Below, piece after piece: positions 10,920 to 21,097 of a stretch of 64,000 bases of DNA. The notes below the pieces were generated by a model, which saw nothing but the letters and a program-made list of their open reading frames with translations, had not been told where the DNA came from and did not search any database. This DNA comes from Opitutales bacterium (GTDB lineage Bacteria > Verrucomicrobiota > Verrucomicrobiia > Opitutales > UBA2987), in assembly GCA_965226885.1 (NCBI GenBank), contig CBDDEL010000015.1, positions 576,001 through 640,000 of the forward strand, written 5' to 3'. The position numbers were made by a program, and so were the translations under genes. Within the stretch, counting starts at the first letter, position 1. The number at the start of each line of letters is the position of its first letter.

Positions 10920-11872
10920 TGGATCATAAACCTTCGCTCTTTCACTCTGATGATATCGTCCGGCTCCACGGCTGGATCGAGACTACGCAACCCGTCTTCC
11001 AAGATGGCCTGCACATTGACTTCGACCATCCTTTCGCCTTCGGGCAGATTCGGATCGGCTTTTATCAATACAACCCTCTTCCGATTGGCATATTGTCCAA
11101 ACCCACCGGCCTGAAAAATAGCCTTGCTTACGGTGAAGTCCTCTTCGATGGGAATATCGTAATTGCCCGGGTTTTTGACTTCACCCCAAATATAGAATTG
11201 CCCCCCGGCCTGGGCAAGCTTTGGTACAAGAATATAATCCCCGTCCTTGAGCTCCATATCGTCGTCGAAATTGCCGGTGGTAAACATTTGATTGACATCG
11301 ATTTCAATCCTATCCTCCCCATCCTCGCTCTCGGGATTGTCGCGGATGAGAGTGACTTTTTCGGCATCAGCCCCCGATTTAAAACCGCCCGCGGCGTTCA
11401 CTGCGGCGCTCACCGTCAGGATATCGTCTGCCGGAAGCGGCAATGGGCCGGGATGCAGGACCTCTCCCAGCATGGTAATTTCGCCAAGATTATCGGTAAA
11501 TTGTGGGTAATCCACCAGGACCGTGGCCCGATAATAAAAATCCACTTCGAGCAATGATTTGATATCGTAGGCCAACTGCTGGCAGGTTTTCCCCACGGCA
11601 TCGACCTTGCCAAGCAAAGGAATATCAACCTCCCCCCGAGGATTTACAAGGAGCGCAAGCGGTCGTTCGCGATCTTCCTCCACCGTGTAAGTAAGACGAT
11701 TGCCTATGCGAATGAGCCGTTCCCGGTCGAGCAGACTCATCCGGTTGGGCACATCCGAAGTTATCGAATCCGCAGCCGCCATGGGAATTAACCGAGGAAA
11801 GAAAAGGAGGCCGGCCGCCAGGATAAATCTTCCAAAACGGATGTTGAGAAAACTTTCCGAGTTAAAAATCAT
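10916..11872 (-). CDS. Polysaccharide export protein (Poly_export + SLBB domains, Wza-like)
   Basis: VNPRGEVDIPLLGKV and two SLBB repeats (GEVxxPG...AGGF); ATGA-coupled to wzc. Confidence 0.85.
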   Translation of the reverse strand: MIFNSESFLNIRFGRFILAAGLLFFPRLIPMAAADSITSDVPNRMSLLDRERLIRIGNRLTYTVEEDRERPLALLVNPRGEVDIPLLGKVDAVGKTCQQLAYDIKSLLEVDFYYRATVLVDYPQFTDNLGEITMLGEVLHPGPLPLPADDILTVSAAVNAAGGFKSGADAEKVTLIRDNPESEDGEDRIEIDVNQMFTTGNFDDDMELKDGDYILVPKLAQAGGQFYIWGEVKNPGNYDIPIEEDFTVSKAIFQAGGFGQYANRKRVVLIKADPNLPEGERMVEVNVQAILEDGLRSLDPAVEPDDIIRVKERRFMIQ

Positions 11873-12318
11873 AATTTATGGAAAATTCAAATCGGTTCTG
11901 ATTGTAGCTTCTAGTCGGGATATTAGTCGGGATATTGGAAGTTTTTTCCGTATATCGGTATTCAAGGTTCCAGCTTATCGGATAATTTTTAAAATTGGCT
12001 CCGTAATTTATTTGCAGCATGCGGCGGTCATAGGATTCCGGGCTAAGGCCTCCGGAGTCCGTTCCACTTTCAAAGGAGACCAGACCGGTCACGGTAGTGC
12101 GGGTAAAGGGTGACCAATTGAATGAGTATTGCACGCGATTTACAAGCTGGGAGTTGGAAATAAGTCCCAAATTGTTTCGTCTATAATAAGCCAAAGCATG
12201 GCTGAATTTTCTGTTCAACTCGTGACGCAGCAAAATTTCCCCGTTTAAGCCGGAAACATCGCTATCATCATTGTTGGTTCCGGAGTTATCGAATAGGATC
12301 GAATTCCAGCCTAAGTTA
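11862..12318 (-). pseudogene. 3' remnant of an EPS-associated outer-membrane beta-barrel
   Basis: Alternating beta-strands, C-terminal FSINYDF; 5' part replaced by an IS at 12319; in-frame 12-bp duplication 11912-11935 (NIPTNIPT). Confidence 0.7.
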
Positions 12319-14135
12319 GAGGCTGTCCCAAAAGGGTGATTTTTGCGAGGGCTTTTGATAGGCGCTCATTTTAGAGGTATTTGCATTTGGGAGAGTATCA
12401 ACTTTGCTCTCCTATGACGTTAGGATACTGGTTTTGGGGTCCGGTTGCCTGGTTTTCTTTGTATGAGCCGACAGTAAGGCTGTGAAAAAGTATTGTCCTT
12501 GCTTTTCCGCTCTCTAGGCCGCCGCTTTGGTTTTTAGTTCGTCTTGCTGGGCCAGCATCTTGGCTACTTTCCATAGGTTGTGCGAGAGTACCGACCAGGC
12601 TACGCTGATCGAGCGGTTGGCAAAGCCTTTGCTGCGCAACCGCCCGGCCTGCCAGCGATTCTTCAATACCCCGATCCGCCCTTCGGTGCTGGCCCGGCGC
12701 TTTTGCAATTGTCTGAACAGTGGTTCCTCCATCCGTTTTTTCAACTGCTTCGGATCGCGTGGACAGAGCGCGTCGTAGATTCCCTCCTGGGCTAACTGCC
12801 GGCGGGCCCGCTGGGAGGCAAATCCCCGGTCCGCGCACATGGCCGCTATGGGTTCTTCCAGGTTGAAGCGGTTCTGTCTTTGCAAACTCTCTTGCATTTG
12901 TTCATTTTCGCTTGGAGTTCGGCTGCCGTAGAGTTTCCAGTCCAGCAGGTACCCTTCAACGCTTTCTCCCAAAAACAGGGTGTTGCCGAACTCGACCTCT
13001 TGGCCCGCTTTACCTCGCACAATCACCTGCCCATCGAGTTCGTAAACACTCAAGACTTTCTCTGCGTTTTTCACCTGGCGGCCGCCAATGATCCGCTCGT
13101 GCGCCTGTTTGATGACCACCGGGATTTGCTCGCTCATGCGCTCCATCCGGGCGAGGATCTGTTGGACCTGTTTTTCGCTGTAATCGCTTTGCTCCCAGCA
13201 GGCTTGCAATAATTCCCGGTGACTGCGGGCATGCTCCCCGATCCGTTTGAGCAGCTTTTTCATCTGCCTCAAGATACCCTTGCGCTGCCGCGCGCTGTCC
13301 TTTCGCCGCCGGCTGTGGGTCATCTGTATGCACAGCCGATTCATCTGCCGAGCCAAGGGCTCCGGTTCGATCGGCATGCGATGGCGCACACCGGCCTTCT
13401 CGCGGATCAGCCGGATCGCTTTGAGCAACGTGCCGGCTACATCCTTGAGTAATACCCAGTCCGTCGGCCAATGAATGTTAGCCTCCAAACAGGTGCCGTC
13501 GATCAGGCAAATGGTGGTGTCAATCGGCTTGTCCAATCCCACCTGCCGGGCCAGAAGGGCATCGCCCACCACCTCAGTCAAGGTCCGGTGCAAGGCCCTC
13601 AACTGCTCTTCGCTGAAAAACTTCGAGGCCCGCTCCAGGGTGCTTTTGGAGATGCCCCTGATGCCATCGATCTGCCGGACACGGCAAAAGTCGGCCAACA
13701 GATCGCTGCTGCCCAGAGCCCGCGACAAATGCCGAAACGAAATCCCTCCGAGCAGACGGCCCAGCGTATCCATGCGCAGTGCCTTGATGGCAAAACTGGC
13801 CCGCTGCCGCCGGGCCTTTAGACCCATTGGCGGCCACCCCTCCAAGGCCAGCTCAATGGCCTGCGATTCCACCTCCGAGTCGATCAGCAGCCGATCGATT
13901 CGATCAATGGTGGCGCGGAAGTTATCGTCATCGAGGCACCGGTCGACCACAGTTAAAGCTGGACGCAGGAGGCATTGGATGGCTATATTTTTCATAGAAA
14001 GGGCTATATTGATTTTCGCTAACTCAATTATAGAACCCTTTTTTGGCCGGATCGAGCAAAAACTTGCTCTTTCCGGCTCTTTTTATCAACGTCATCCAGT
14101 TGACTATAAAATCTTTATATTTTTGGGACAGCCTC
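12319..14135 (-). mobile_element. IS5/ISNCY-like element, copy 1
   Basis: IRs GAGGCTGTCCCAAAA / TTTTGGGACAGCCTC; left flank TAAGTTA; right flank fused to an IS1 fragment with no TSD. Confidence 0.9.
12514..13995 (-). CDS. DDE transposase, IS5/ISNCY-like, intact (493 aa)
   Basis: IDGTCLEANIHWPTD, GKAGQEVEFG, ADRGF, RASTEGRIG motifs. Confidence 0.85.
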   Translation of the reverse strand: MKNIAIQCLLRPALTVVDRCLDDDNFRATIDRIDRLLIDSEVESQAIELALEGWPPMGLKARRQRASFAIKALRMDTLGRLLGGISFRHLSRALGSSDLLADFCRVRQIDGIRGISKSTLERASKFFSEEQLRALHRTLTEVVGDALLARQVGLDKPIDTTICLIDGTCLEANIHWPTDWVLLKDVAGTLLKAIRLIREKAGVRHRMPIEPEPLARQMNRLCIQMTHSRRRKDSARQRKGILRQMKKLLKRIGEHARSHRELLQACWEQSDYSEKQVQQILARMERMSEQIPVVIKQAHERIIGGRQVKNAEKVLSVYELDGQVIVRGKAGQEVEFGNTLFLGESVEGYLLDWKLYGSRTPSENEQMQESLQRQNRFNLEEPIAAMCADRGFASQRARRQLAQEGIYDALCPRDPKQLKKRMEEPLFRQLQKRRASTEGRIGVLKNRWQAGRLRSKGFANRSISVAWSVLSHNLWKVAKMLAQQDELKTKAAA

Positions 14136-14379
14136 CACCTACAGCGACTTTTGGAGCACTTATGATGAAGTCTTTCCTCATAACCGATCCGTGGGAAAAG
14201 AAACCGGTGAAACGGCCCATGTGGAACGATGGAACAATACCCTGCGCCAACGACTGGGTCGTTTCACACGCAAAACCCTCTCCTTTTCCAAGCTTAAGAG
14301 TATGCATGAAACCTGTCTGAGACTTTTCATTCATCAATATAATCAAGAATTAGCCACCATTCCTACTTAATACACTACC
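14136..14379 (+). mobile_element. IS1-family 3' fragment (end of insB plus IR)
   Basis: Reverse complement of the terminal 244 bp of the 802-bp element; ends TAATACACTACC. Confidence 0.9.
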
Positions 14380-14466
14380 CCGGAATCATGGGTTCTCTGG
14401 GGATATTCGTATGCACCCTGACCCTGAAAATGACGCTCATGGTCATCTTCGGAGCATTCGGGCTAG

Positions 14467-16034
14467 CCCGGATATTTCATGAAGGGTAAAGTTTGGCTCG
14501 TTATTGCTATTGGAGATGGATTTCTTTGTATTTTGAGCAGATCGTCTTGATTTTTAGGTGTTTTTCAGGGTGTAGAGACACTGCCCCCTTTCCCCCATTG
14601 GTTCGGTAGTGCCGGGGGCAGCACCAATGCACCCTTTAGGTTGGCACCAATCGGCGGGCCGCATGGTTGAAAAGACTGGCCCAAGGATAACTCTCACTTA
14701 GGTGAAAGTGAATCGTTCGGGTGTTGCGCACGATGACCGCTCCGATCTTGATTAATTTGAGCCGCAGGGTGTGGCATTGGGCCCGCGCCCACTTCGTCCC
14801 TTTTAAGGCTAACCGGCGCATGGCTTCCATCAAGGTGTAGGCCAGCGCCGACAAGAGCAATCGCCACTGATTGGCCCACCATTGATGGGCGCTGGTGCGC
14901 TCGCTGAACAATTGCATCTGTTCCTTGATTCGGTTCTCCATTTCACCGCGGCCACAGTATACCTTGTCGTAAAGCTCCTGGGGATCGCCCGGCAGGTTCG
15001 TCACCACGAAGCGCGGGTTGGACCCCTGTGCGGTGTGTTCGGCTTTATGGATGACCAACCGCAGCCATCGCCACGAATCGGCAGCATAGACGAAGTCCTG
15101 GAATAACCGTTGTTTTTTACCCCTTAGTTCGAACCATTCTTTGGCCTGCTTTTGCAACTGCTGGGCGTCTTGCTGCAAGCGTGCATTGCGAGCCATCCCC
15201 ACGATGTAACTAACTTCGTTGCGGTCGCACCAAGAGAGTATCCGGTCTCGACAAAATCCACTGTCGGCGCGCCAAATAATCCGCGTACGGGGCCAGCTTT
15301 GGCGAATCCGTTTAACCAGCAATTTGAGGATGGCCCCGGCATGCTTGCTGGCATCGATCTTGCTCGGCCGCAGGTAGGCCACCAGCAGCTGATCACCGCA
15401 AAAAACATATAGCGGCAGAAAACAGTAATGATCATAATAACCGTGGAAAAAACGTCCCTCCTGGAGCCCGTGCACCGGATTGTCGGTGGCGTCAAAGTCC
15501 AGGATGATCTCTTCGGGTTCCTCGGCAAAGGAGCCCATGAACTGTTCGACCAACAGCTCGTTTACCGCAAAGGCCGCCCGCCGATCCTGCCCGTTTTCAA
15601 AACGACACAAAGTCGGCGCGCTGGCCAACGTTTCAATGCGCCCCGTTACCGTTTGCTAACAATGGATCGTGGCGCAGGGTATCAAAGTCGTTCAAATCCT
15701 CATAGCCCGCCACCAGCCCGTAAACGCGCTGCCGCAGCATCCCCAATACCTCATGGCGTACTTTGCCCTTCTGCCGTTTGTCCACTAACTGTCGGGCCGC
15801 TCGTTCGGTCAAGCCCAACTGCCGATCCACTTCCCGGATCAAAAGCAGTCCGGCATCCGAAGTAACCTCTCCGCCCTTGAAATCAACCCGCACACGGCGG
15901 CCTTTTACCCTTGTCAACTGTAGCTTTAATTGTTTACCTTTTGTCATCGCTGATATTGCTTTAATTATTGATCTATCCTGCTGTATATCAGCAGTTAAGC
16001 ATATCAACGATACTTTTTTTACGAAATATCCGGG
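14467..16034 (-). mobile_element. IS1380-family element, frameshifted transposase
   Basis: IRs CCCGGATATTTC; 1-bp insertion at ~15657 relative to sister copies; flanks CTAG/TTAG do not match. Confidence 0.92.
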
Positions 16035-16554
16035 TTAGCTGACCCTTAACACCATATCGTGTCGCGATCCCGTAGTTCGGCGCCATATGCCCGCGGTCAA
16101 AGCCACTATTGGTGTAATCATCATGACGAACTTGGGACAAGGTTCGCATATCGACCATAAAACGGGATGGCCGAGGCGGAGAAGAGACAGCACCAACCCT
16201 AAACATCCGATAAGCTACCCAAGCGGGGGTTTTCCTGGTCTCATCGTAACCGACGATATAGCCGGTATTTTCAAGGACCAGGAGTTGGTGAGGATAGTTG
16301 GTTGATCGAGGAATACCGGCATAAATGTGCAATGAATTTTTTTTGGCTGCTTCCAATACTCTTTTTGGAACAGTGATCGCGATGCTGTCAGTCCGGGAGG
16401 TCTGGTTCCCGTGCTTCGCTCTCTCCTGCCCACCGTGGTCACGTTTTAGAAGCCAGAAGCCCAACACACCACAGATGATCCCAAGGGTGAAGATCAAGAC
16501 ACCGCGGGAAGAACCAGATCGGTTGTAACATTGTTTGCAGGAGCGCAGCCTCAT
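16035..16554 (-). pseudogene. DNA/RNA non-specific endonuclease, 3' truncated by IS1380
   Basis: PAWVAY, DDYTNSGFDRGHMAP motif; N-terminal TM; reading frame runs into the IS end. Confidence 0.85.
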
Positions 16555-16668
16555 GGGAGAAACTTTAATTATTTACTAATAAAGAGTAAAGTTCTGATCA
16601 AGCTTCATGGATGTTGTAGGGCATGCACTCGCGTTATCTCAGGGTATAGTTTTTTTCAGGTGAAAACG

Positions 16669-16820
16669 GCCCCACACCGCCACAAACTCCCATGGAACAA
16701 GCCCACCTGCCCCTCTTGTGGCATCAATTACCTCAATCCAGGGGCCAATATCATCTGTCCGGGTGTAAGGTTCCCATACCTGCACCTGATATTCTCCTAA
16801 ACTATTCCATAGGGTCAGCC
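16669..16820 (-). pseudogene. Fragment of an unknown gene (paralogue of 19553-19705)
   Basis: WEPYTRxDDxGPWIEVIDAxRGAGGLVP is shared with the second fragment. Confidence 0.6.
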
Positions 16821-17476
16821 GGCGATACCCTGAAATCACTAATCTCCAGGTCCAGATTATGGTTTACCCGGAGGCCGGCATGGCCGTCACTGTTGAGTAG
16901 ATCAGAACGGGCAATGCTTTTCACCTCTTCCCCGTTTACATTGAATTGCATTTTGTCGGCACCCACAATCACCGACAATTGATTCGTAGCACGCCCTCCC
17001 TCGTCCTTCTTATTCACCGCGGCGTGCTCGGTCCAGTCCACAATAATGTGCGTATCTGCATCATCTCGCTGTTTAATGAGATACCTCCCGTCCTGTCGAA
17101 CTAGGAAGTAAAGATAGCGCTGGTTTGCTGCGTCCAGATCGCTGCCGCCAAAGAACACACCGTATGCCTCCGGATGTGCCAGTGCCTTTGCTTGCGTGAA
17201 GCTGCACTGCACTGTGTATTTACCCTGCCGAACATCAACCGCGCGGTAATAGATTGCCGCTGGCCCTGATACGATTTGATAGCCCTTCGCGCCTACCACG
17301 AACTTTAAGTTTGATGGGTCCGCTGTTGGTCTGTCCAGCCGGACGAGCCAACCTTCGGGCAAGTGGCCGTTGCCGATGATCTGGCGGTCAGGGTCGTGTT
17401 CATGCTTCTCATGGTGTTCAGCAAACAGCGGAGTTACCACCGCAAAGAGAAAAGTAAACGGAATGATTATACACAT
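16802..17476 (-). CDS. Secreted beta-sandwich protein, DUF1080/lectin-like
   Basis: GGAGG RBS before ATG 17476; signal peptide LFA-E; YLYFLVRQDGRYLIK ... GLRVNHNLD. Confidence 0.6.
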   Translation of the reverse strand: MCIIIPFTFLFAVVTPLFAEHHEKHEHDPDRQIIGNGHLPEGWLVRLDRPTADPSNLKFVVGAKGYQIVSGPAAIYYRAVDVRQGKYTVQCSFTQAKALAHPEAYGVFFGGSDLDAANQRYLYFLVRQDGRYLIKQRDDADTHIIVDWTEHAAVNKKDEGGRATNQLSVIVGADKMQFNVNGEEVKSIARSDLLNSDGHAGLRVNHNLDLEISDFRVSPADPME

Positions 17477-17775
17477 ATAACCCTCCAAATCTGTAATCCT
17501 GGATGCATTGATCCGGTTTATCAAATGATGCGTATGAACTGTTGAAATTATCGCCATCTGGAGCTTTCGAGAACATTTTGCGCCTTTCAATCCACTTTGG
17601 CAATCGTCAACCCTGCTAATTCAGGCAAAGAATCGCCCTGTCCCTGAGACAGTCCCCAAACTTGACGGACACCCAGAATTGTCGCGTTTCTTGCCTACTT
17701 ATTAATTGACTGAAATTCCCGTGGAATGTAGAAGTGGCGTTTCGGATACTCAAACATTCACTAGGAGAATATATC

Positions 17776-19329
17776 ATGTCTACAGTAACATTGTCACCGG
17801 CTGACATTCAGGCCTTCACTGCGGACGATTTCACCGCGCCCGCAGTCTTTACCAGCTTTTGTTCCAATGGCGGAAAACCGCTTAACGGTATGATCGGCGG
17901 AGAGCTTGTTTCCGGTTCGATGAACGCCATAGTTGAGGTGATTAACCCTGGTACAAAGGAAGTCCTCGCGACGGTTTCGGAGATGGGCTGGGATGAAGTG
18001 AACCTCGCCGTGGAGAGCGCTAATCGTGCCTACAACGGCGGCTGGAAAAACACATCCGTGGATGAGCGTGCAACGCTCCTCATGAAGCTTATCGAGCTCT
18101 TCGAACAAGATCTGGATGTTTTTCTGGCCTGTGAGATATTGAACGGAGGAAAGGTTTCGGAACTGGCAAATGGGGACGTAGGGGCCGTTCGGCCCTGTGC
18201 TGAGTATTTCATTGAGATCGCGCGGCAGATGCGCTTTGGCGACGGCGAGAAAATGGAGGTCATGGATGGTGTAGAGGGTTGTCCTTTTGTGGAACCATGG
18301 GGTGTGGTCGCCGGGATCATTCCCTGGAACTACCCGGTTGTACTGGCGGCATGGTTCATGATGCCCGCGCTTATGGCCGGGAACTGCATCATCATCAAAC
18401 CAAGTGAAGAAACGCCGCTCAGTGCCCTTTATATTGCCAAATTAGCACACGAAGCGGGTTTCCCGCCAGGTGTGATCAATGTCCTACCGGGGAGAGGCGA
18501 ACTGACGGGCAAGTTCATTGCCGAGCATCCGGGTGTCCGTTATATTGCCTTTACCGGTTCTCCGGGAGTGGGTCAGAGTATCCTGCGGGCCGCCGACAAG
18601 CATGGCACGCGGGTGAAACGCGAGATGGGCGGAAATGGTGCGGCCATAGTTTGTGCCGATGCTGATCCTGAACTGGTAGCTCGCTTGATTGGTAAGAACG
18701 CGAACCAGCACTATGGGCAAACCTGTTGTACGATCCATCGCGTATTTGCACAGCGTGAAATTTTCGATGATTTCATGGGCGCAACGGAAGCGTTCTTTAA
18801 CGAACTCAAGGTGGGCAATCAAGCGGTGGAGGGAACTCAGCTCGGCCCTGTGGTGAATTCCCGGCAACCTGTCCGCATCCTCGAAGGAATAGAGTTTGCC
18901 AAGGCGAACGGCGCGGAGGCGATCCTCGAAGGTGGCCGTGCCTCCGTATCCGGTTACGACGGGTTCTACATGAAGCCGACATTGCTTCGATCAGGGAAGG
19001 GTTCCGACTGCAACCCGAGGGAAGTCTTCCATACCTTCCTCAACGTTCAGCCGGTGGATTCAGTCGAACAGGCCATTCGATTCGCCAACAACACCCGCTA
19101 CGGTCTCGGTTCGAGCGTCTGGACCAAAGACCTGGAGCTTGGCACGCGTATCGCCAAACAGTTCAGGGACGGAACCGGTCAGGTAAACTGCCATAATACG
19201 ATCGCCTACGGCATGCCCTATGGTGGCCAGGGAATTTCCGGCGGTCCTGGTGGGGGTGTTAACTGTGCCGAAACGCTGCGCGATTACACCAAGACCAAGG
19301 CGATCTACGTGGCCAAGTATCCCGGTTAA
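17776..19329 (+). CDS. Aldehyde dehydrogenase family protein
   Basis: AGGAG RBS; IIPWNYP, KPSEETP, FTGS, EMGGN (catalytic Glu), GQTC (catalytic Cys). Confidence 0.93.
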   Translation: MSTVTLSPADIQAFTADDFTAPAVFTSFCSNGGKPLNGMIGGELVSGSMNAIVEVINPGTKEVLATVSEMGWDEVNLAVESANRAYNGGWKNTSVDERATLLMKLIELFEQDLDVFLACEILNGGKVSELANGDVGAVRPCAEYFIEIARQMRFGDGEKMEVMDGVEGCPFVEPWGVVAGIIPWNYPVVLAAWFMMPALMAGNCIIIKPSEETPLSALYIAKLAHEAGFPPGVINVLPGRGELTGKFIAEHPGVRYIAFTGSPGVGQSILRAADKHGTRVKREMGGNGAAIVCADADPELVARLIGKNANQHYGQTCCTIHRVFAQREIFDDFMGATEAFFNELKVGNQAVEGTQLGPVVNSRQPVRILEGIEFAKANGAEAILEGGRASVSGYDGFYMKPTLLRSGKGSDCNPREVFHTFLNVQPVDSVEQAIRFANNTRYGLGSSVWTKDLELGTRIAKQFRDGTGQVNCHNTIAYGMPYGGQGISGGPGGGVNCAETLRDYTKTKAIYVAKYPG

Positions 19330-19552
19330 CCAACGCTTCCGGGAGGATTGTCGCCCCGAGCATCGTAGTGCCCACAATTATTTCCCTGGACCTCTTACAC
19401 GCATAGGGAATCTTTGTAACGGTTAAGAAAAACAGAGGGCAGGTGAACATTTGGATAAAGGCTGCCAATTTCTAGCAACCGTTCTCGAAAGGGGGCGGCC
19501 TCTTTACCTTTTGATATTGGCCGAAAATAGGGTAGTGACCATTTATTAATTA

Positions 19553-19919
19553 CCCCTTATACCGCCGTAAACTCCCTTGGAACAAGCCCACCTGCACCTC
19601 TTGCGGCATCGATCACCTCAATCCAGGGGCCAAGGTCATCTGGCCTAGTGTATGGTTCCCATATCTCAGTCTGATATTCCCCTGAACTATCCCATTGGGT
19701 CATCCTGAACTGCTCACCATCGAGGGTTGCTATCGGGTAATCCTGACACTGCCTTGGAATCCCCTTAGCCACGATTTTCAAGTCTGGGCGGCCTTATGCT
19801 CATGGGCTTTAAGGGTGTATTTCCAGGCGTTTTTCTGCCACACACGATGTTCATCCCACTCCGGCGAACTTCGCCAGCCCACATGCAATACATGAACGCC
19901 AGTGCCAACAGGCTGGGAG
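19553..19919 (-). pseudogene. Frameshifted fragment of an unknown gene, truncated by IS1
   Basis: Two frames (...WKYTLKAHEHKAA / LKIVAKG...PREFTAV); the 3' part resembles 16669-16820. Confidence 0.55.
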
Positions 19920-20721
19920 GGTAGTGTATTAAGTAGGAATGGTGGCTAATTCTTGATTATATTGATGAATGAAAAGTCTCAGACAGGTTTCATGCATACT
20001 CTTAAGCTTGGAAAAGGAGAGGGTTTTGCGTGTGAAACGACCCAGTCGTTGGCGCAGGGTATTGTTCCATCGTTCCACATGGGCCGTTTCACCGGTTTCT
20101 TTTCCCACGGATCGGTTATGAGGAAAGACTTCATCATAAGTGCTCCAAAAGTCGCTGTAGGTGGCACATCTTTTGTAGGCCCGTGGCAGACGCTCGTAAA
20201 GTTCCCGGCAACGATACCAATCCCGAGGCCCAATGGCATAGGAGAGGATTTGACGGGTGCGTCGGCAAAGAGCGATCCAAACCCATTGGGCATCGCTCTT
20301 GCGCCCCACAAAAGACCACAGTTCGTCCAGTTCAATGACATCATGGCGGCGGGCCGCAAGAATCGTGCTTTTGAGCGGTCGCAGCGATTGTCGTTTCTTT
20401 TAACCAACTCAAAACGGTGTTGGGACTCACCCCGAAGGCGCGCTGTAAACCGCGTAGACTGCTGCGTTCCTGATAGACTCGAAGGATCATTTCTTTTTGC
20501 TCTTCGGTGTATTTCACTGTGGGGTTTTCGCGGCTTTGTTTACCACAATCATGGCAGCGGTAGCGCTGTTTATGGTTGGGCGTCTTGCCAAATTTAATGA
20601 TATTTTCACTTCCACAGTGCCGACAATTAATAATTTTAGTAACCATGCACTAAGAATAAACTGCCTAACGCTATTTGTACAGCTAAAAATACAAAATAAC
20701 ATTCTTTTTTTATACACTACC
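19920..20721 (-). mobile_element. IS1-family element (802 bp; insA 20341-20646, insB to 19929)
   Basis: IRs GGTAGTGTAT; Zn-ribbon CxxC...CxxC plus HTH InsA; DDE InsB; A8 slip site broken at 20397; terminal 19 bp duplicated at 20722-20740. Confidence 0.93.
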
Positions 20722-20751
20722 TCTTTTTTTATACACTACCGGCTGGTCTAG

Positions 20752-21097
20752 CCCGGATATTTCATGAAGGGTAAAGTTTGGCTCGTTATTGCTATTGGAG
20801 ATGGATTTCTTTGTATTTTGAGCAGATCGTCTTGATTTTTAGGTGTTTTTCAGGGTGTAGAGACACTGCCCCCTTTCCCCCATTGGTTCGGTAGTGCCGG
20901 GGGCAGCACCAATGCACCCTTTAGGTTGGCACCAATCGGCGGGCCGCATGGTTGAAAAGACTGGCCCAAGGATAACTCTCACTTAGGTGAAAGTGAATCG
21001 TTCGGGTGTTGCGCACGATGACCGCTCCGATCTTGATTAATTTGAGCCGCAGGGTGTGGCATTGGGCCCGCGCCCACTTCGTCCCTTTTAAGGCTAA
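20752..21097 (-). mobile_element. IS1380 3'-end remnant
   Basis: Matches the last 346 bp of the other copies; preceded by CTAG; cut at an internal CTAA by the next IS1380. Confidence 0.9.

Noticed and set aside
19531..19547. GGTAGTGACC as another IS1-type end
   Set aside because: Only 7 bp match, and I found no partner IR or TSD.
19911..20749. TSD for the IS1 copy at 19920
   Set aside because: Flanks share only GGCTGG and are out of register for an 8-bp duplication.
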